Assembly (NCBI GenBank): GCA_965227065.1
Contig: CBDDFN010000009.1
Coordinates: 151,337 to 215,336 of the forward strand
Direction: 5' to 3'
Length of the DNA: 64,000 bases
Source: Alphaproteobacteria bacterium
Lineage (GTDB): Bacteria; Pseudomonadota; Alphaproteobacteria; SPJN01
Part shown: piece by piece, positions 21,444-31,384 of the stretch
Numbering within the stretch: position 1 is the stretch's first letter
Layout: every line of letters starts with the position of its first letter
Position numbers and translations under genes: made by a program
The notes under the pieces: generated by a model
The model's database searches: none
Seen by the model: only the letters and a program-made list of their open reading frames with translations
What the model was told of the DNA's origin: nothing

Positions 21444-22913
21444 TCAGCGCGCATGCGGTGCGCGCTGGGAATGTTCCAACGGAAGCCGGATGGTGGCTTT
21501 AAGGCCGCCATACCGGCTTTTGTCTAACAATACATCCCCGCCATGGCCGCGCGCCGCATCACGCGCAACGGCCAATCCCAGACCAACCCCCCCACCTGAA
21601 TCGAGATTGCGCCCTTCATCGAGGCGCGAGAAGGGCCGGAAGGCATCCTCGATACGATCGGCGGGAATGCCGGGCCCATCATCCTCGATGGAAATTTCAA
21701 CAAACTTTGCGCCCACTTTGAGTTCCACATGGGCGCGGGTGCCGTAGTTGACCGCATTGTTGATCAGATTGGTCAGGCAGCGCCGCATGGTCGTCTGACG
21801 GATCGGCACAATCAGCGTGTCGGCGCCATCGGCGTCGAAATCGACCTGTTTGTCCTCCCGGTGGGCGTCGCGCACGGTGGCTTCGACAAAGCTTTTGAGT
21901 TCGGTCTCTTCGGGCTCATCGGCGGCCAGGCCACGGGCAAAGGCAAGATACTCATCAAGCATGCGCTCCATCAGATTGAGATCTCCGCGCATATCGTTAA
22001 AGCGCTCAGGCTTTTCCATCATCGCCAATTCAAGCTTGATGCGCGCAATGGGGGTTCTCAGATCATGGCTGATACCCGCCAGCATGGCGGTGCGCTGATT
22101 GATCTGGCGTTCGATGCGCTGCTTCATGGTGATGAAGGCACGCGCGGTCCGGCGCACTTCATGCGCGCCATGGGGTTTGAAGCCCGGCGCATCAAGCCCC
22201 CGGCCAAACCGGTCGGCTGCAATCGCCAGTTCGCGGATCGGACGGACTTGATTGCGCAAAAACAAAAAGGCGATGATCAGCAAGGCCAGCGATAGCCCCA
22301 CCATCCACAGCATGAAGATATAGGCGGTGTTGGAGGTGAGACGGGTGTGTGGAACCTCGGCGCGCAACACGCTGCCATCGTGCAACGCGATGAGGAACAT
22401 GGCCGCGCGTTCGCTGGCATAGATTTCGATCCTGTTGTCGCGGCCGGTATGTTCGGTCAGCTGATCCTTGCTGATGGCATACAGCGTGTCGAAGCGGAAC
22501 CAGGCGGGCGGGGCGGCGGGCGGCAAAATCTCATTGGGAGCAAAGGTGAGTTTGAGATCAAAATTGCGCGCTGCGAGATCGCGCAAAAATTCAGGGTCGG
22601 TGCCTTGATTATGCAGCTCGATGATCGCGCCGAGATCGTTCGCCACCGCCATGGCGAGCCTTTTGGTCACCCGGTCCAGATGCCGGTCATAAAAGATCAC
22701 CGCCAGAAGCGCCTGCAGCAGGATGATGGGGGTGACGATGATCAGAATGGCACGCGGCAGCAATCCACGCGGCGTCACCGCCTTGGCAAGCTGGCCGACA
22801 TTGTATGGCCAACGTAACGGATTGTTCCATTCGAGCGGCGGCGCATCGCCGCCCAGCCCGCGCTGGGTGTCGGTGTGAAGCGGGGATTCGGGGGGCAGGT
22901 CAGGGCCGGTCAT
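21444..22913 (-). CDS. sensor histidine kinase (EnvZ/ChvG-like)
   Basis: Two TM helices and a HAMP domain, H-box LAGISHDLRTPIARI, and HATPase_c motifs (N, G1 DDGPGIP, G2 GGVGLGLA). Confidence 0.85.
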   Translation of the reverse strand: MTGPDLPPESPLHTDTQRGLGGDAPPLEWNNPLRWPYNVGQLAKAVTPRGLLPRAILIIVTPIILLQALLAVIFYDRHLDRVTKRLAMAVANDLGAIIELHNQGTDPEFLRDLAARNFDLKLTFAPNEILPPAAPPAWFRFDTLYAISKDQLTEHTGRDNRIEIYASERAAMFLIALHDGSVLRAEVPHTRLTSNTAYIFMLWMVGLSLALLIIAFLFLRNQVRPIRELAIAADRFGRGLDAPGFKPHGAHEVRRTARAFITMKQRIERQINQRTAMLAGISHDLRTPIARIKLELAMMEKPERFNDMRGDLNLMERMLDEYLAFARGLAADEPEETELKSFVEATVRDAHREDKQVDFDADGADTLIVPIRQTTMRRCLTNLINNAVNYGTRAHVELKVGAKFVEISIEDDGPGIPADRIEDAFRPFSRLDEGRNLDSGGGVGLGLAVARDAARGHGGDVLLDKSRYGGLKATIRLPLEHSQRAPHAR

Positions 22914-23632
22914 GAGGGCTTCTCAGTATCGATCATCAGCGCATAGCCAAGCCCGCGCACGGTTTTCAGATAGGCGGGATCGCGGGAATCCTCTTCAATC
23001 TTGCGTCTGAGCCGGGTGATCTGAACATCGATGGAGCGTTCCTGAACAATGCCCAGCCGGGCGGCCAGCTCGCTGCGTGAGACCGGCATGGGCGCGCGCG
23101 CCGCCAGCAAGGTCAGAATGTCGGCTTCGGTTTCGGTCAGTTTGAGACGGCGATCATTCCGCGTCAGCGCGCCGCGATCAAGGTCATAGCTGTGCGGACC
23201 GAACCGAACCACGCCGCCGGGCTCCGCCTCGGCCCGCACGGCAGCAGGACCGCTGCGCTTCAAAATGGCCTGGATACGGAGCACCAGTTCTTCAGGCTCG
23301 AAGGGTTTGGCCAGATAATCATCAACACCGCTTTTCAGCCCCTCAATCCGGTGCTCTGTTTCGCCCATCGCGGTCAGCATGAGGATCGGCACTTGCGATG
23401 TCACGCGAAGCTTCTGGGCAAACTCAAGGCCCGACCGGCCCGGCATCATGACGTCAAGCACAATCAAATCGAACTCAAGCCCCTCAAGATAGCGGTCGGC
23501 TTCGTCGGCATGTTCGGCGGCTGACACACGGTAGCCCTGGCCCGACAAGAAGCGCTTGAGCAGATCGCGCAACCGCCGGTCATCATCGACAACCAGAATA
23601 TGGGCCGGCCCTTCGGGTTCGGCCTCCGTCAT
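22910..23632 (-). CDS. OmpR-family DNA-binding response regulator
   Basis: Receiver domain (ILVVDDD...LDVMMPG...) followed by a winged-helix trans_reg_C domain. Overlaps the kinase start by 4 nt. Confidence 0.9.
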   Translation of the reverse strand: MTEAEPEGPAHILVVDDDRRLRDLLKRFLSGQGYRVSAAEHADEADRYLEGLEFDLIVLDVMMPGRSGLEFAQKLRVTSQVPILMLTAMGETEHRIEGLKSGVDDYLAKPFEPEELVLRIQAILKRSGPAAVRAEAEPGGVVRFGPHSYDLDRGALTRNDRRLKLTETEADILTLLAARAPMPVSRSELAARLGIVQERSIDVQITRLRRKIEEDSRDPAYLKTVRGLGYALMIDTEKPS

Positions 23633-24162
23633 GCCTTTTCGCCTTCAAAGCTTTTCAAGATGCGGTCGCGATCGCTGGCATTGATCAGACCCAGCAGCAC
23701 CGCGCGGAAACCCGCAACCGCTTCAGGCCCCGCTTCGCGATAGGCACGGGCGACACGGGCGCGTTGGGGTTCAGACAAGCGTTTCTCAAGCTCGGCGCCC
23801 TTGTCTGTCAGCGACAAAAGCCGCTGGCGGCGGTCGCGCGTGCCGGTCTTCTGGGTGACATAGCCTTCCTCAACCAGCTGTTTCAAAACCCGCGACAGGC
23901 TTTGCTTGGTAATCCGCAAGATCGCCAAGAGGTCCGATACAGTCATGCCCGGATTGCGGCCGACAAAATGGATCACCCGGTGATGGGCGCGGCCATAGCC
24001 GATCTCGGCCAGAATTTCATCGGGATCGGCGGTGAAATCGCGATAGGCGTAAAACAGCAGTTCAATGCCCTGACGCAGCTCTTCATCGCGCAGATAAAGC
24101 AGCGGGTTCGCAGGGGCGACCCGGGGCGTTGGCGTCAGGCCTGGTGTTTTTACGTCAGTCAT
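23629..24162 (-). CDS. MarR family transcriptional regulator
   Basis: MarR winged HTH (MTVSDLLAILRITKQSLSRVLKQLVEEGYV...DRRQRLLSLTDKG). The stop overlaps the response-regulator start by 4 nt. Confidence 0.8.
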   Translation of the reverse strand: MTDVKTPGLTPTPRVAPANPLLYLRDEELRQGIELLFYAYRDFTADPDEILAEIGYGRAHHRVIHFVGRNPGMTVSDLLAILRITKQSLSRVLKQLVEEGYVTQKTGTRDRRQRLLSLTDKGAELEKRLSEPQRARVARAYREAGPEAVAGFRAVLLGLINASDRDRILKSFEGEKA

Positions 24163-24284
24163 GTTGACATATTAGCGGGAGAATGTTACCCAGCGCAACC
24201 TTTTCGCGACACAATCGAACCCAAAGACGCGAAAATCAATGCAAACCCTGCAAAAAATGGACTGCAGGCCCCGTGGGAGTAACG

Positions 24285-25172
24285 ATGATGGATTTGGTGC
24301 CTTTTGATGATCGTGATGGCTCGATCTGGATGAATGGCGAACTTGTGCCCTGGCGCGAGGCGAAAATCCACGTATTGACCCATGGCTTGCATTACGGCTC
24401 CTGCGTGTTTGAGGGCGAGCGCGCCTATGAGGGCGAAATCTTCAAATTGCGCGAGCATACGGAGCGGCTTTTTAAATCCGCCGAGCTTCTGGGCTTTGAG
24501 ATTCCTTATTCCATGGACGCGATTGACGCGGCCTGTGTTGAAGCCATGCAAGTCAATGGCCTGGTTGATGCCTATATCCGTCCCGTTGCCTGGCGCGGCA
24601 GCGAGATGATGGGCGTCTCGGCACAGCACAATAAGATCAATGTGGCGGTCGCGGCCTGGGCGTGGCCAAGCTATTTCAAGCCTGAAGAACGCCTGCAAGG
24701 CATCCGGCTTGATATCTCGAAATGGAAACGGCCTTCACCGGAAACCATTCCATGCGAGTCCAAGGCTGCGGGGCTGTACATGATCTGCACCCTGTCCAAG
24801 CATGAGGCGGAACGCAAAGGCTATGCCGATGCGCTGATGTTTGATTATCGCGGCTATGTGGCCGAGGCGACCGGCGCGAATATCTTTCTCGAGCGCGACG
24901 GTGCATTGCATACGCCCAAGCCCGATTGTTTCCTTGACGGGATTACCCGGCGCACGGTGATTGATCTGGCGCGCGCGCGCGGCATCGAGGTGATTGAGCG
25001 CCATATTGAGGCTGACGAGCTTGGCAGCTTCAATCAATGCTTCATCACCGGCACGGCAGCGGAAGTCACGCCGGTGTCCGAGATTGGCCCGCACCGCTTT
25101 ACGGTTGGTCCTATCGTTGAAACATTGATGGGCGACTATGATGCGGTGGTGCGCCGTCAAAAGGCAGCGTAA
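24285..25172 (+). CDS. ilvE: branched-chain amino acid aminotransferase
   Basis: PLP fold type IV signature (WMNGELVPW...HYGSCVFEGERAY...). Start at MMDLV (ATG 24285). Confidence 0.9.
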   Translation: MMDLVPFDDRDGSIWMNGELVPWREAKIHVLTHGLHYGSCVFEGERAYEGEIFKLREHTERLFKSAELLGFEIPYSMDAIDAACVEAMQVNGLVDAYIRPVAWRGSEMMGVSAQHNKINVAVAAWAWPSYFKPEERLQGIRLDISKWKRPSPETIPCESKAAGLYMICTLSKHEAERKGYADALMFDYRGYVAEATGANIFLERDGALHTPKPDCFLDGITRRTVIDLARARGIEVIERHIEADELGSFNQCFITGTAAEVTPVSEIGPHRFTVGPIVETLMGDYDAVVRRQKAA

Positions 25173-25193
25173 ACGTAATCGAATGGAGTAGGT

Positions 25194-26420
25194 GTGATGG
25201 CCCGGCCCCAAACGGTCGTGATCATTTCCGATCACGCCTTTATCAATGGCGGGCAGGCCAAGGTCGCACTCGACTCGGCGCTGGGTCTCAAGGCGCGGGG
25301 ATTTGACGTTCGGCTGTTTGCCAGTGTCGGCCCTGCCGATCCCCGGCTTGAGGCTGCCGGTATTCCCGTCACGCTGCTGGATGGTCATGACATTCTGGGC
25401 GATCCCAATCGGGCCCGCGCCATCCTCAATGGTGTGTGGAACCGTGCGGCTGGACAAGCGCTGACCGACATGCTGCGCGGGCTTGATCCCGCCTGCACGC
25501 TTGTCCACACCCATGGCTGGGCGAAAGCCTTGTCAGGCGCGGTGGCGCCCGCGATCCGGGGATCGGCTTTGCCCCATGTCTACACCATGCATGAATATGC
25601 GTTGGCCTGTCCCAATTCAGCCTTTCTCGATCACAAGCGGGTCGAGATTTGTACGCGTAAGCCGCTGGGCTTTGACTGTCTGACCACTCAGTGTGACAGC
25701 CGGTCGTACGCCCACAAGGGCTGGCGGGTGATGCGCCAGCTTGGACTGCGCGCGGGCGGCTGGCCCAAACATCTCACCCATCTGATTTATTTGAGTGAGA
25801 CCGAGCTTGAAGCCATGCGGCCCAATCTGCCCGAAAGCGCGCAATTGTGGCATGTCACCAATCCGGTTGATGCGGTGGCCGATGCGCAAGTCGGGGTCGC
25901 GGACAATGATGTGTTCTTGTTTGTCGGCCGCCTGTCGCCCGAAAAAGGCCCCGTCCTGTTTGCCGAAGCCGCCAAAGAGGCGGGCGTGCGCGCCGTCTTT
26001 GTCGGTTCAGGCGATGAGGAAGAGGCGGTCCGCGCCGCCAATCCGGCCGCCGAGTTGACCGGCTGGGTGACACCCGATCAGGTCCAGGACTGGATCGGCA
26101 AGGCGCGTGCGCTGGTCTTCCCGTCGGTCTGGTATGAGACCCATGGCCTGGTTGCTTATGAGGCGCAAGCCCGCGGTGTTCCGGTGATTGTCGGGGACCG
26201 CTGCGCCGCACGCGAGGCAATTGCGGATGGTGAAACCGGACTGTGGTTTCCCATGGCGTCCAAGGACGGGCTTGTGGCGGCGCTGCAACAGATGGAGGAC
26301 GGCGCGGTGGCCGCGCAGATGGGCCAGACCGGATTTGACCGGTATTGGAAAAATCCGCTGACTATGGACAGTCATCTTGACCAGCTTGAAGCGGTCTATG
26401 ATGCGGTGATGGCGGGTTAG
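25194..26420 (+). CDS. glycosyltransferase family 4 (GT1-type) protein
   Basis: GT-B fold with a C-terminal Glycos_transf_1 region (FVGRLSPEKG...E(x7)E motif YETHGLVAYEAQARGVPVI). Confidence 0.75.
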   Translation: MMARPQTVVIISDHAFINGGQAKVALDSALGLKARGFDVRLFASVGPADPRLEAAGIPVTLLDGHDILGDPNRARAILNGVWNRAAGQALTDMLRGLDPACTLVHTHGWAKALSGAVAPAIRGSALPHVYTMHEYALACPNSAFLDHKRVEICTRKPLGFDCLTTQCDSRSYAHKGWRVMRQLGLRAGGWPKHLTHLIYLSETELEAMRPNLPESAQLWHVTNPVDAVADAQVGVADNDVFLFVGRLSPEKGPVLFAEAAKEAGVRAVFVGSGDEEEAVRAANPAAELTGWVTPDQVQDWIGKARALVFPSVWYETHGLVAYEAQARGVPVIVGDRCAAREAIADGETGLWFPMASKDGLVAALQQMEDGAVAAQMGQTGFDRYWKNPLTMDSHLDQLEAVYDAVMAG

Positions 26421-27121
26421 CCGTCCCAGCCCTTGCGGGCATCTGCATCCGAGCCGCGCGCCTCGACCCATTTTTCGCCGCCCGAACCGGTTTCCTTTTT
26501 CCAGAACGGGGCGTCGGTCTTCAGCACATCCATGACAAAGCGGGCGGCCTCAAACGCGGCATCCCGGTGCGCTGAAGAAGCGATCACCAGCACAATGGTT
26601 TCGGTGGGCCTCATCGGGCCGACACGGTGGGCAATGCGCAAGCCGGTGAGCGGCCAGCGCGCTTGCGCCTTGGAGGCAATGTCGGCCAGGGCCTTCTCCG
26701 TCATGCCGGGATAGTGCTCAAGCGTCAGCGTCTCCAGCGGGGCTTCAGCGGAGGAGCGGACGGTGCCTGTAAAGCTGACCACTGCGCCGGTCTCGGCATC
26801 ACGCGGAAACGCTTTGAGTTCGGCAGCCTCATCAATAGGTTCAGACCCCACGGTGACGGTGACATCCGATCCCCCGGTCATGGGCGGAAAAAAGGCAACC
26901 TCATCGCCGTCCTTGATGGGGTGATCAAGCGGGACGGCCTTCATATTGACCGCAGCCCGTATGACGCTGCGATCTTCAAAGGCGCGCGCATAGGCAGGCG
27001 ACAGGGTTTCAAGATGGGTGATCAGCGCCTCGACCGTCTCTGTTGCGGGCGGCAGGTCTTTTTGTTCTTCATCACACCCGATCTGCTCGCGCACCCAGGC
27101 AAAATAGACAAGGCTGATCAC
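26417..27121 (-). CDS. moaDE: molybdopterin synthase MoaD-MoaE translational fusion
   Basis: The N-terminal 84 aa is MoaD-like and ends in the Gly-Gly motif (...FFPPMTGG). It continues in-frame into a 150 aa MoaE-like domain with no intervening stop; the DNA is read directly. Confidence 0.75.
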   Translation of the reverse strand: MISLVYFAWVREQIGCDEEQKDLPPATETVEALITHLETLSPAYARAFEDRSVIRAAVNMKAVPLDHPIKDGDEVAFFPPMTGGSDVTVTVGSEPIDEAAELKAFPRDAETGAVVSFTGTVRSSAEAPLETLTLEHYPGMTEKALADIASKAQARWPLTGLRIAHRVGPMRPTETIVLVIASSAHRDAAFEAARFVMDVLKTDAPFWKKETGSGGEKWVEARGSDADARKGWDG

Positions 27122-27705
27122 GATTGTTCAGCCTCATCGAGTGTCTCATCAGCGGCCTGAATATGGGGCAGGCCACCTTTGAGATAGTCCCATCCGGTGA
27201 CCGCGGTCAGCAGCGCGGCAAGCCACAGCGTGGCGATGCCCAAGGCGGGCAAGCCTGTCCAGAGTTTTGCACCCGCCGACCCGGTCAGCAGGATGGCGAG
27301 GGCCACAAGCTGCACGGTTGTTTTCCATTTGGCGAGTTGGGTAACGGGAACCGAAATCTGGCTGGCGGCGAGAAATTCACGCAAGCCCGAAACGAGAAAT
27401 TCACGCGCCAGAATGATGAAGGCGGCCAGCACGCTGATCCCGCCAATGACGCCGTCCCACACCAGCACCAGCAAGGCCGCGGCCACCAGCAGCTTGTCGG
27501 CTATGGGGTCCATCAACTTGCCAAGCTCGGACGTGGCATTGAGTTTGCGCGCCAGCCAGCCATCGAAAAAGTCGGTGACGGCCGCGCCAACAAACAGAGT
27601 GAAGGCAATCCAGTATTTGCTTTCGCCGGGCAGGTAGAAGGCCAGCACAATTGCAGGCACCGCCAGTATACGGCCAAAGGTCAGAAAATTGGGAAGGCTG
27701 TGCAC
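27118..27705 (-). CDS. pgsA: CDP-diacylglycerol--glycerol-3-phosphate 3-phosphatidyltransferase
   Basis: CDP-alcohol phosphatidyltransferase motif D-G-x2-AR...D-x3-D (TDFFDGWLARKLN...DPIADKLL). Confidence 0.85.
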   Translation of the reverse strand: MHSLPNFLTFGRILAVPAIVLAFYLPGESKYWIAFTLFVGAAVTDFFDGWLARKLNATSELGKLMDPIADKLLVAAALLVLVWDGVIGGISVLAAFIILAREFLVSGLREFLAASQISVPVTQLAKWKTTVQLVALAILLTGSAGAKLWTGLPALGIATLWLAALLTAVTGWDYLKGGLPHIQAADETLDEAEQS

Positions 27706-27732
27706 GGTCGCTCCGTCGTGATTTGGACGATC

Positions 27733-29676
27733 CTACCGTTCCCGGAAATGATCGTAAATGCGTAGCGCGACGGTTTTGGAAATTCCTTCTACCGCTTCAA
27801 GGTCGGTGAGGCTTGCGCGCTCAACCGCTTTGGCTGATCCGAAATGATGCAGCAGCGCGCGTTTGCGCGCCGGGCCGATGCCGCCGATCTCATCAAGCGG
27901 GTTTTTAAGCCGGGCCTTGCCGCGCCGCGCGCGGTGGGTGCCGATGGCAAAGCGGTGCGCCTCATCCCGCAGCCTTTGCAGATAATGCAAAACGGGATCA
28001 TGCGCCTCGATCATCTGGGGCGGCTGGCCTTTCTTGTGGAATTGTTCGCGGCCTGCATTGCGGTCAGGGCCTTTGGAAATGCCGACAACGTCCACGCCTT
28101 CAACGCCCAGCTCATCCAGCACTTCCAACACGCTCGACAATTGCCCTTTGCCGCCATCAATAAGCAGTAGGTCGGGGCGGGGCGGGGTCTCGCCCGCCTG
28201 TTCGGCCTTGAGCATGCGGGAAAAGCGCCGCGTCAGCACCTCGCGCATCATGCCGAAATCATCGCCGGGTGTGGTTTCCGGATTTTTGATGTTGAAGGTG
28301 CGATATTCCCGTTTTTCGAAGCCCTCAGCGCCCGCCACGATCATGCCGCCGACCGCATCAGTGCCCTGAATGTGGGAATTGTCATAGACCTCAATCCGCT
28401 CGGGTGGACCATCTAGCCCGAACAGCTCGGCCACGCCGTCAAGCAGCGCGGCCTGGGCTGCGCTTTCAGACAGCCTCCGGGCCAATGCCTCGCGGGCATT
28501 TTGCTCGGCATGTTCCACCAGAGTGCGCTTCTCGCCGCGCTGGGGTTTGGTGACACTGACCTTGCGGTCGGCCCGCAGGCTCAACGCTTCGGCCAGCAGG
28601 GCCTCGCTTGGCAATGTGTGATTGGTCAGAACAAGTTTGGGGACCGGCTTGTTGTCGTAGAACTGGCCGACAAAAGCCTCCAGCACCTCTTCGATCGTGT
28701 CGGACTTGTCATGGCGCGGGAAATAGGCCCGGTTGCCCCAGTTCTGGCCCGAACGGTAGAAAAACACCTGAATGGAGACCTGCCCGCCATCTTCGATGGC
28801 TGCGATGACATCGGCCTCATCCAGCGTTTCGGGATTGATGCGCTGATCGAGCTGGACATGGCTGAGGGCTCGGATGCGGTCACGCAGGCCTGCGGCACGC
28901 TCAAACTCCATGGCCTCGGCGGCCTGTTCCATCTCGGCGCCGAGTTCTTGTTTGATGCGCTGGGATTTGCCGCTGAGAAAACCGCGCGCCTCATCCACCA
29001 GTTCGGCATAGCCCGGCTCGTCAATATAGGCGACGCATGGCGCGCTGCACCGTTTGATCTGAAACAGCAGGCAGGGACGGGAGCGGGTTTCGAGCACATG
29101 ATCGGAGCATGAGCGCAGCAAAAACGCTTTCTGGAGCGTGTTGAGCGTCCGGTTGACCGATTTGGCCGATGCGAAGGGGCCGAAATATTCGCCTTGCCGG
29201 TTGCGCGCGCCGCGATGTTTGACGATCTGGGGAAAGGCGTGGTCGGTGGCGATCAGAATATAGGGAAAGCTTTTATCGTCGCGCAGGATCACATTATAGC
29301 GCGGCTTGAGGCGCTTGATCAGATTGGCTTCCAGCAGCAGCGCTTCGGTTTCCGACGCGGTTTCGATGATCTCAAGCGCGCGGGTCTCATGCACCATGCG
29401 GCCGATCCGGTTGGTGTGGAACCTTCCTTGCGCATAAGCCGAGACGCGCTTTTTCAGATCACGCGCCTTGCCGACATAAAGCACCTCCGCGCCTTCGCCG
29501 AGCATGCGGTAAACACCGGGCCGGCCGGGCAGGGTTTTCAGCGCGGCTTCAAGAACCGCCGGGCCGCTCAGATCGGGGCTGTGGGCGGGCCGGTTCCACG
29601 CATCGGCGCCACCTTCGGGAATAGCCTCGGGCGTGTAGAATTTTTCCATGTCGGAGCGGGATGTCGGCTTGGCCAT
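27733..29676 (-). CDS. uvrC: excinuclease ABC subunit C
   Basis: GIY-YIG N-terminus ([24 protein letters not shown]), UvrBC domain, RNase H-like and C-terminal HhH. Start taken at MAKPTS (ATG 29676); the 47 aa N-terminal extension in the track ORF has no UvrC-like sequence. Confidence 0.9.
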   Translation of the reverse strand: MAKPTSRSDMEKFYTPEAIPEGGADAWNRPAHSPDLSGPAVLEAALKTLPGRPGVYRMLGEGAEVLYVGKARDLKKRVSAYAQGRFHTNRIGRMVHETRALEIIETASETEALLLEANLIKRLKPRYNVILRDDKSFPYILIATDHAFPQIVKHRGARNRQGEYFGPFASAKSVNRTLNTLQKAFLLRSCSDHVLETRSRPCLLFQIKRCSAPCVAYIDEPGYAELVDEARGFLSGKSQRIKQELGAEMEQAAEAMEFERAAGLRDRIRALSHVQLDQRINPETLDEADVIAAIEDGGQVSIQVFFYRSGQNWGNRAYFPRHDKSDTIEEVLEAFVGQFYDNKPVPKLVLTNHTLPSEALLAEALSLRADRKVSVTKPQRGEKRTLVEHAEQNAREALARRLSESAAQAALLDGVAELFGLDGPPERIEVYDNSHIQGTDAVGGMIVAGAEGFEKREYRTFNIKNPETTPGDDFGMMREVLTRRFSRMLKAEQAGETPPRPDLLLIDGGKGQLSSVLEVLDELGVEGVDVVGISKGPDRNAGREQFHKKGQPPQMIEAHDPVLHYLQRLRDEAHRFAIGTHRARRGKARLKNPLDEIGGIGPARKRALLHHFGSAKAVERASLTDLEAVEGISKTVALRIYDHFRER

Positions 29677-30174
29677 GACGCTAGTTTTGAAGGGGAAGCG
29701 GTGATGGTGCAAGCCTTTCGGCGCAGCGGCTGAGGGCGTGACAAAATTTGTCTCCCGGGGGCAATTTTTTGCTTGACCCAACCTGTCCACGATTCCTGTG
29801 GATAAGTTTGTGGTCAAATCTGGGGGCAGGGGCCACAGCCCGCAGAAACCCTAGCCTTGGACATACTTGCCTAAATATTAATCAAAAAAATAGAGCATTG
29901 ATATTGTTGAATAATTCGCCGTCAAGACGTAAATTTCGGAAAATCCACGTTTTTGACCTCATGTCCGCCGGTGGTTTCAGTGCCGCCTTTTTCGCTGTGC
30001 ACAAACATCACCGAGCGCTGCGACAGAAGGGCTCAATCTGTCAAGGGGCGATTGAAATTTGTGCATTTTTGAAAGGAATCGCAGAAAACCGCGCCCATTC
30101 GCTGGACAGCTTGTTTAAAGCATAAACATTTCAGGCAAAATTCTGCGCTGCACTGGCGATTTCGCGCTGCAATA

Positions 30175-30579
30175 TCAGCGGCGCCGTTCGAGCGTGACGC
30201 CAACCGTTCTGGCTTCGTCAATGGCGTCTGGTTTTTCGACAGTGATGGCGGCATCCAGCACACGGGGGTCTTCAAAGCATCGCTCGGCGATCAGATCGGC
30301 CAGTGTTTCGACAAGTCCGATATGGCCGCGCGCGACGATCGCCTTCACCGCATTGACGAGGCCTTCATAGCAGACCACCGATTCAATCGTGTCGGCGATG
30401 GCGGGGGCATGGGCGTCGACGGTCAACTCAATCGAAATGCGGACCGGCTGGGCCTGGCCCTGTTCATGGGCGTGGATACCGATATGGGCCGGCAGTTCAA
30501 GCCCGCGCACAAAGACGCGGCGCGCCACGGTTTCACCGTCGCGGGCGTTCAAGGGCTGAACATTGGTCGGCTGGCTCAT
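30175..30579 (-). CDS. folB: dihydroneopterin aldolase
   Basis: FolB fold sequence (VFVRGLELPAHIGIHAHEQGQAQPVRISIELTVD). Start at MSQPTNV (ATG 30579). Confidence 0.8.
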   Translation of the reverse strand: MSQPTNVQPLNARDGETVARRVFVRGLELPAHIGIHAHEQGQAQPVRISIELTVDAHAPAIADTIESVVCYEGLVNAVKAIVARGHIGLVETLADLIAERCFEDPRVLDAAITVEKPDAIDEARTVGVTLERRR

Positions 30580-30625
30580 CAAGTGATCCTTTTCGTTGAA
30601 AGCGCGGGTCTTAGCGGATTTGCGC

Positions 30626-31384
30626 CTATTCGTCGATGCCCTGAATGTCGGGCGTCTCCCAGCCCAGATGCTGGCCGCCATCAAGGGCGATCATCTGGCC
30701 GGTCATGGAGCGTGCGGTCCACATAAACCGCACCGCATCGACAAATTCCGACAGCTCAGCGCCGCGCTGCAAGATGACACCCTGTTGCTGGCGGGCGAAA
30801 TGCTCGTCGGATTGCCGGATGTTTTTGAGCGTTGGCCCCGGCCCGATGGCGTTCACCCGGATGTGCGGCGCGAAGGCCTGGGCCAGCGTTTGTGTCAGGG
30901 TCCACAGGCCCGTCTTCGACAGGGTGTAGCTGGTGAAATGAGGTGTCAGCGCCCAGACCCGCTGGTCGAGCAGATTGACGATCAACCCGTCGGTGCCGTG
31001 AGGCAGTTGCGCGGCAAAATGCTGACTGAGCACAAAGGGTGCGCGCAGATTGGCGGTCATATGCGCGTCCCAGCTCGCCTTGGTGGCACTGGCTGCGCTG
31101 TCATACTCAAACAGGCTGGCATTGTTGATCAAAAGATCAAGCGGGCCGAGCGCGTCGGTCGCGCGTGCCGTGAGCGTTTCAAACTGGCTTTCATCTTTCA
31201 GGTCGGCCTGCAGGGCGACGGCTTGTCCGCCTTTGGCCTTGATCTCGTCGGCCAGAGCGCGGGCCGCGTCTTGAGAGCTGTTATAGTGGATGGCGACAGC
31301 GGTTCCCTCGTCGGCCAGTCCAAGCGCCAGACTGCGGCCGATGCGGTGGGCGGCCCCGGTGATCAGCGCTGCGCTAGCCGGCAT
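30626..31384 (-). CDS. SDR family oxidoreductase (possible pteridine reductase, FolM/PTR1-like)
   Basis: Cofactor-binding TGAAHRIGRSLA and catalytic YTLSK. Lies immediately upstream of folB on the same strand. Confidence 0.7.
   Translation of the reverse strand: MPASAALITGAAHRIGRSLALGLADEGTAVAIHYNSSQDAARALADEIKAKGGQAVALQADLKDESQFETLTARATDALGPLDLLINNASLFEYDSAASATKASWDAHMTANLRAPFVLSQHFAAQLPHGTDGLIVNLLDQRVWALTPHFTSYTLSKTGLWTLTQTLAQAFAPHIRVNAIGPGPTLKNIRQSDEHFARQQQGVILQRGAELSEFVDAVRFMWTARSMTGQMIALDGGQHLGWETPDIQGIDE

Noticed and set aside
29748-30125. 125 aa plus-strand ORF in the uvrC-folB intergenic region
   Set aside because: It spans the AT-rich tract with atypical codon usage, has no RBS and no domain, and overlaps the DnaA-box region. 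It is probably non-coding.
29677-30174. Chromosomal replication origin
   Set aside because: There is one perfect and two weak DnaA boxes with an AT tract, but no switch of gene orientation, no dnaA, hemE or parAB nearby, and no CtrA-type TTAA-N7-TTAA sites. It was kept as a low-interest regulatory finding instead.
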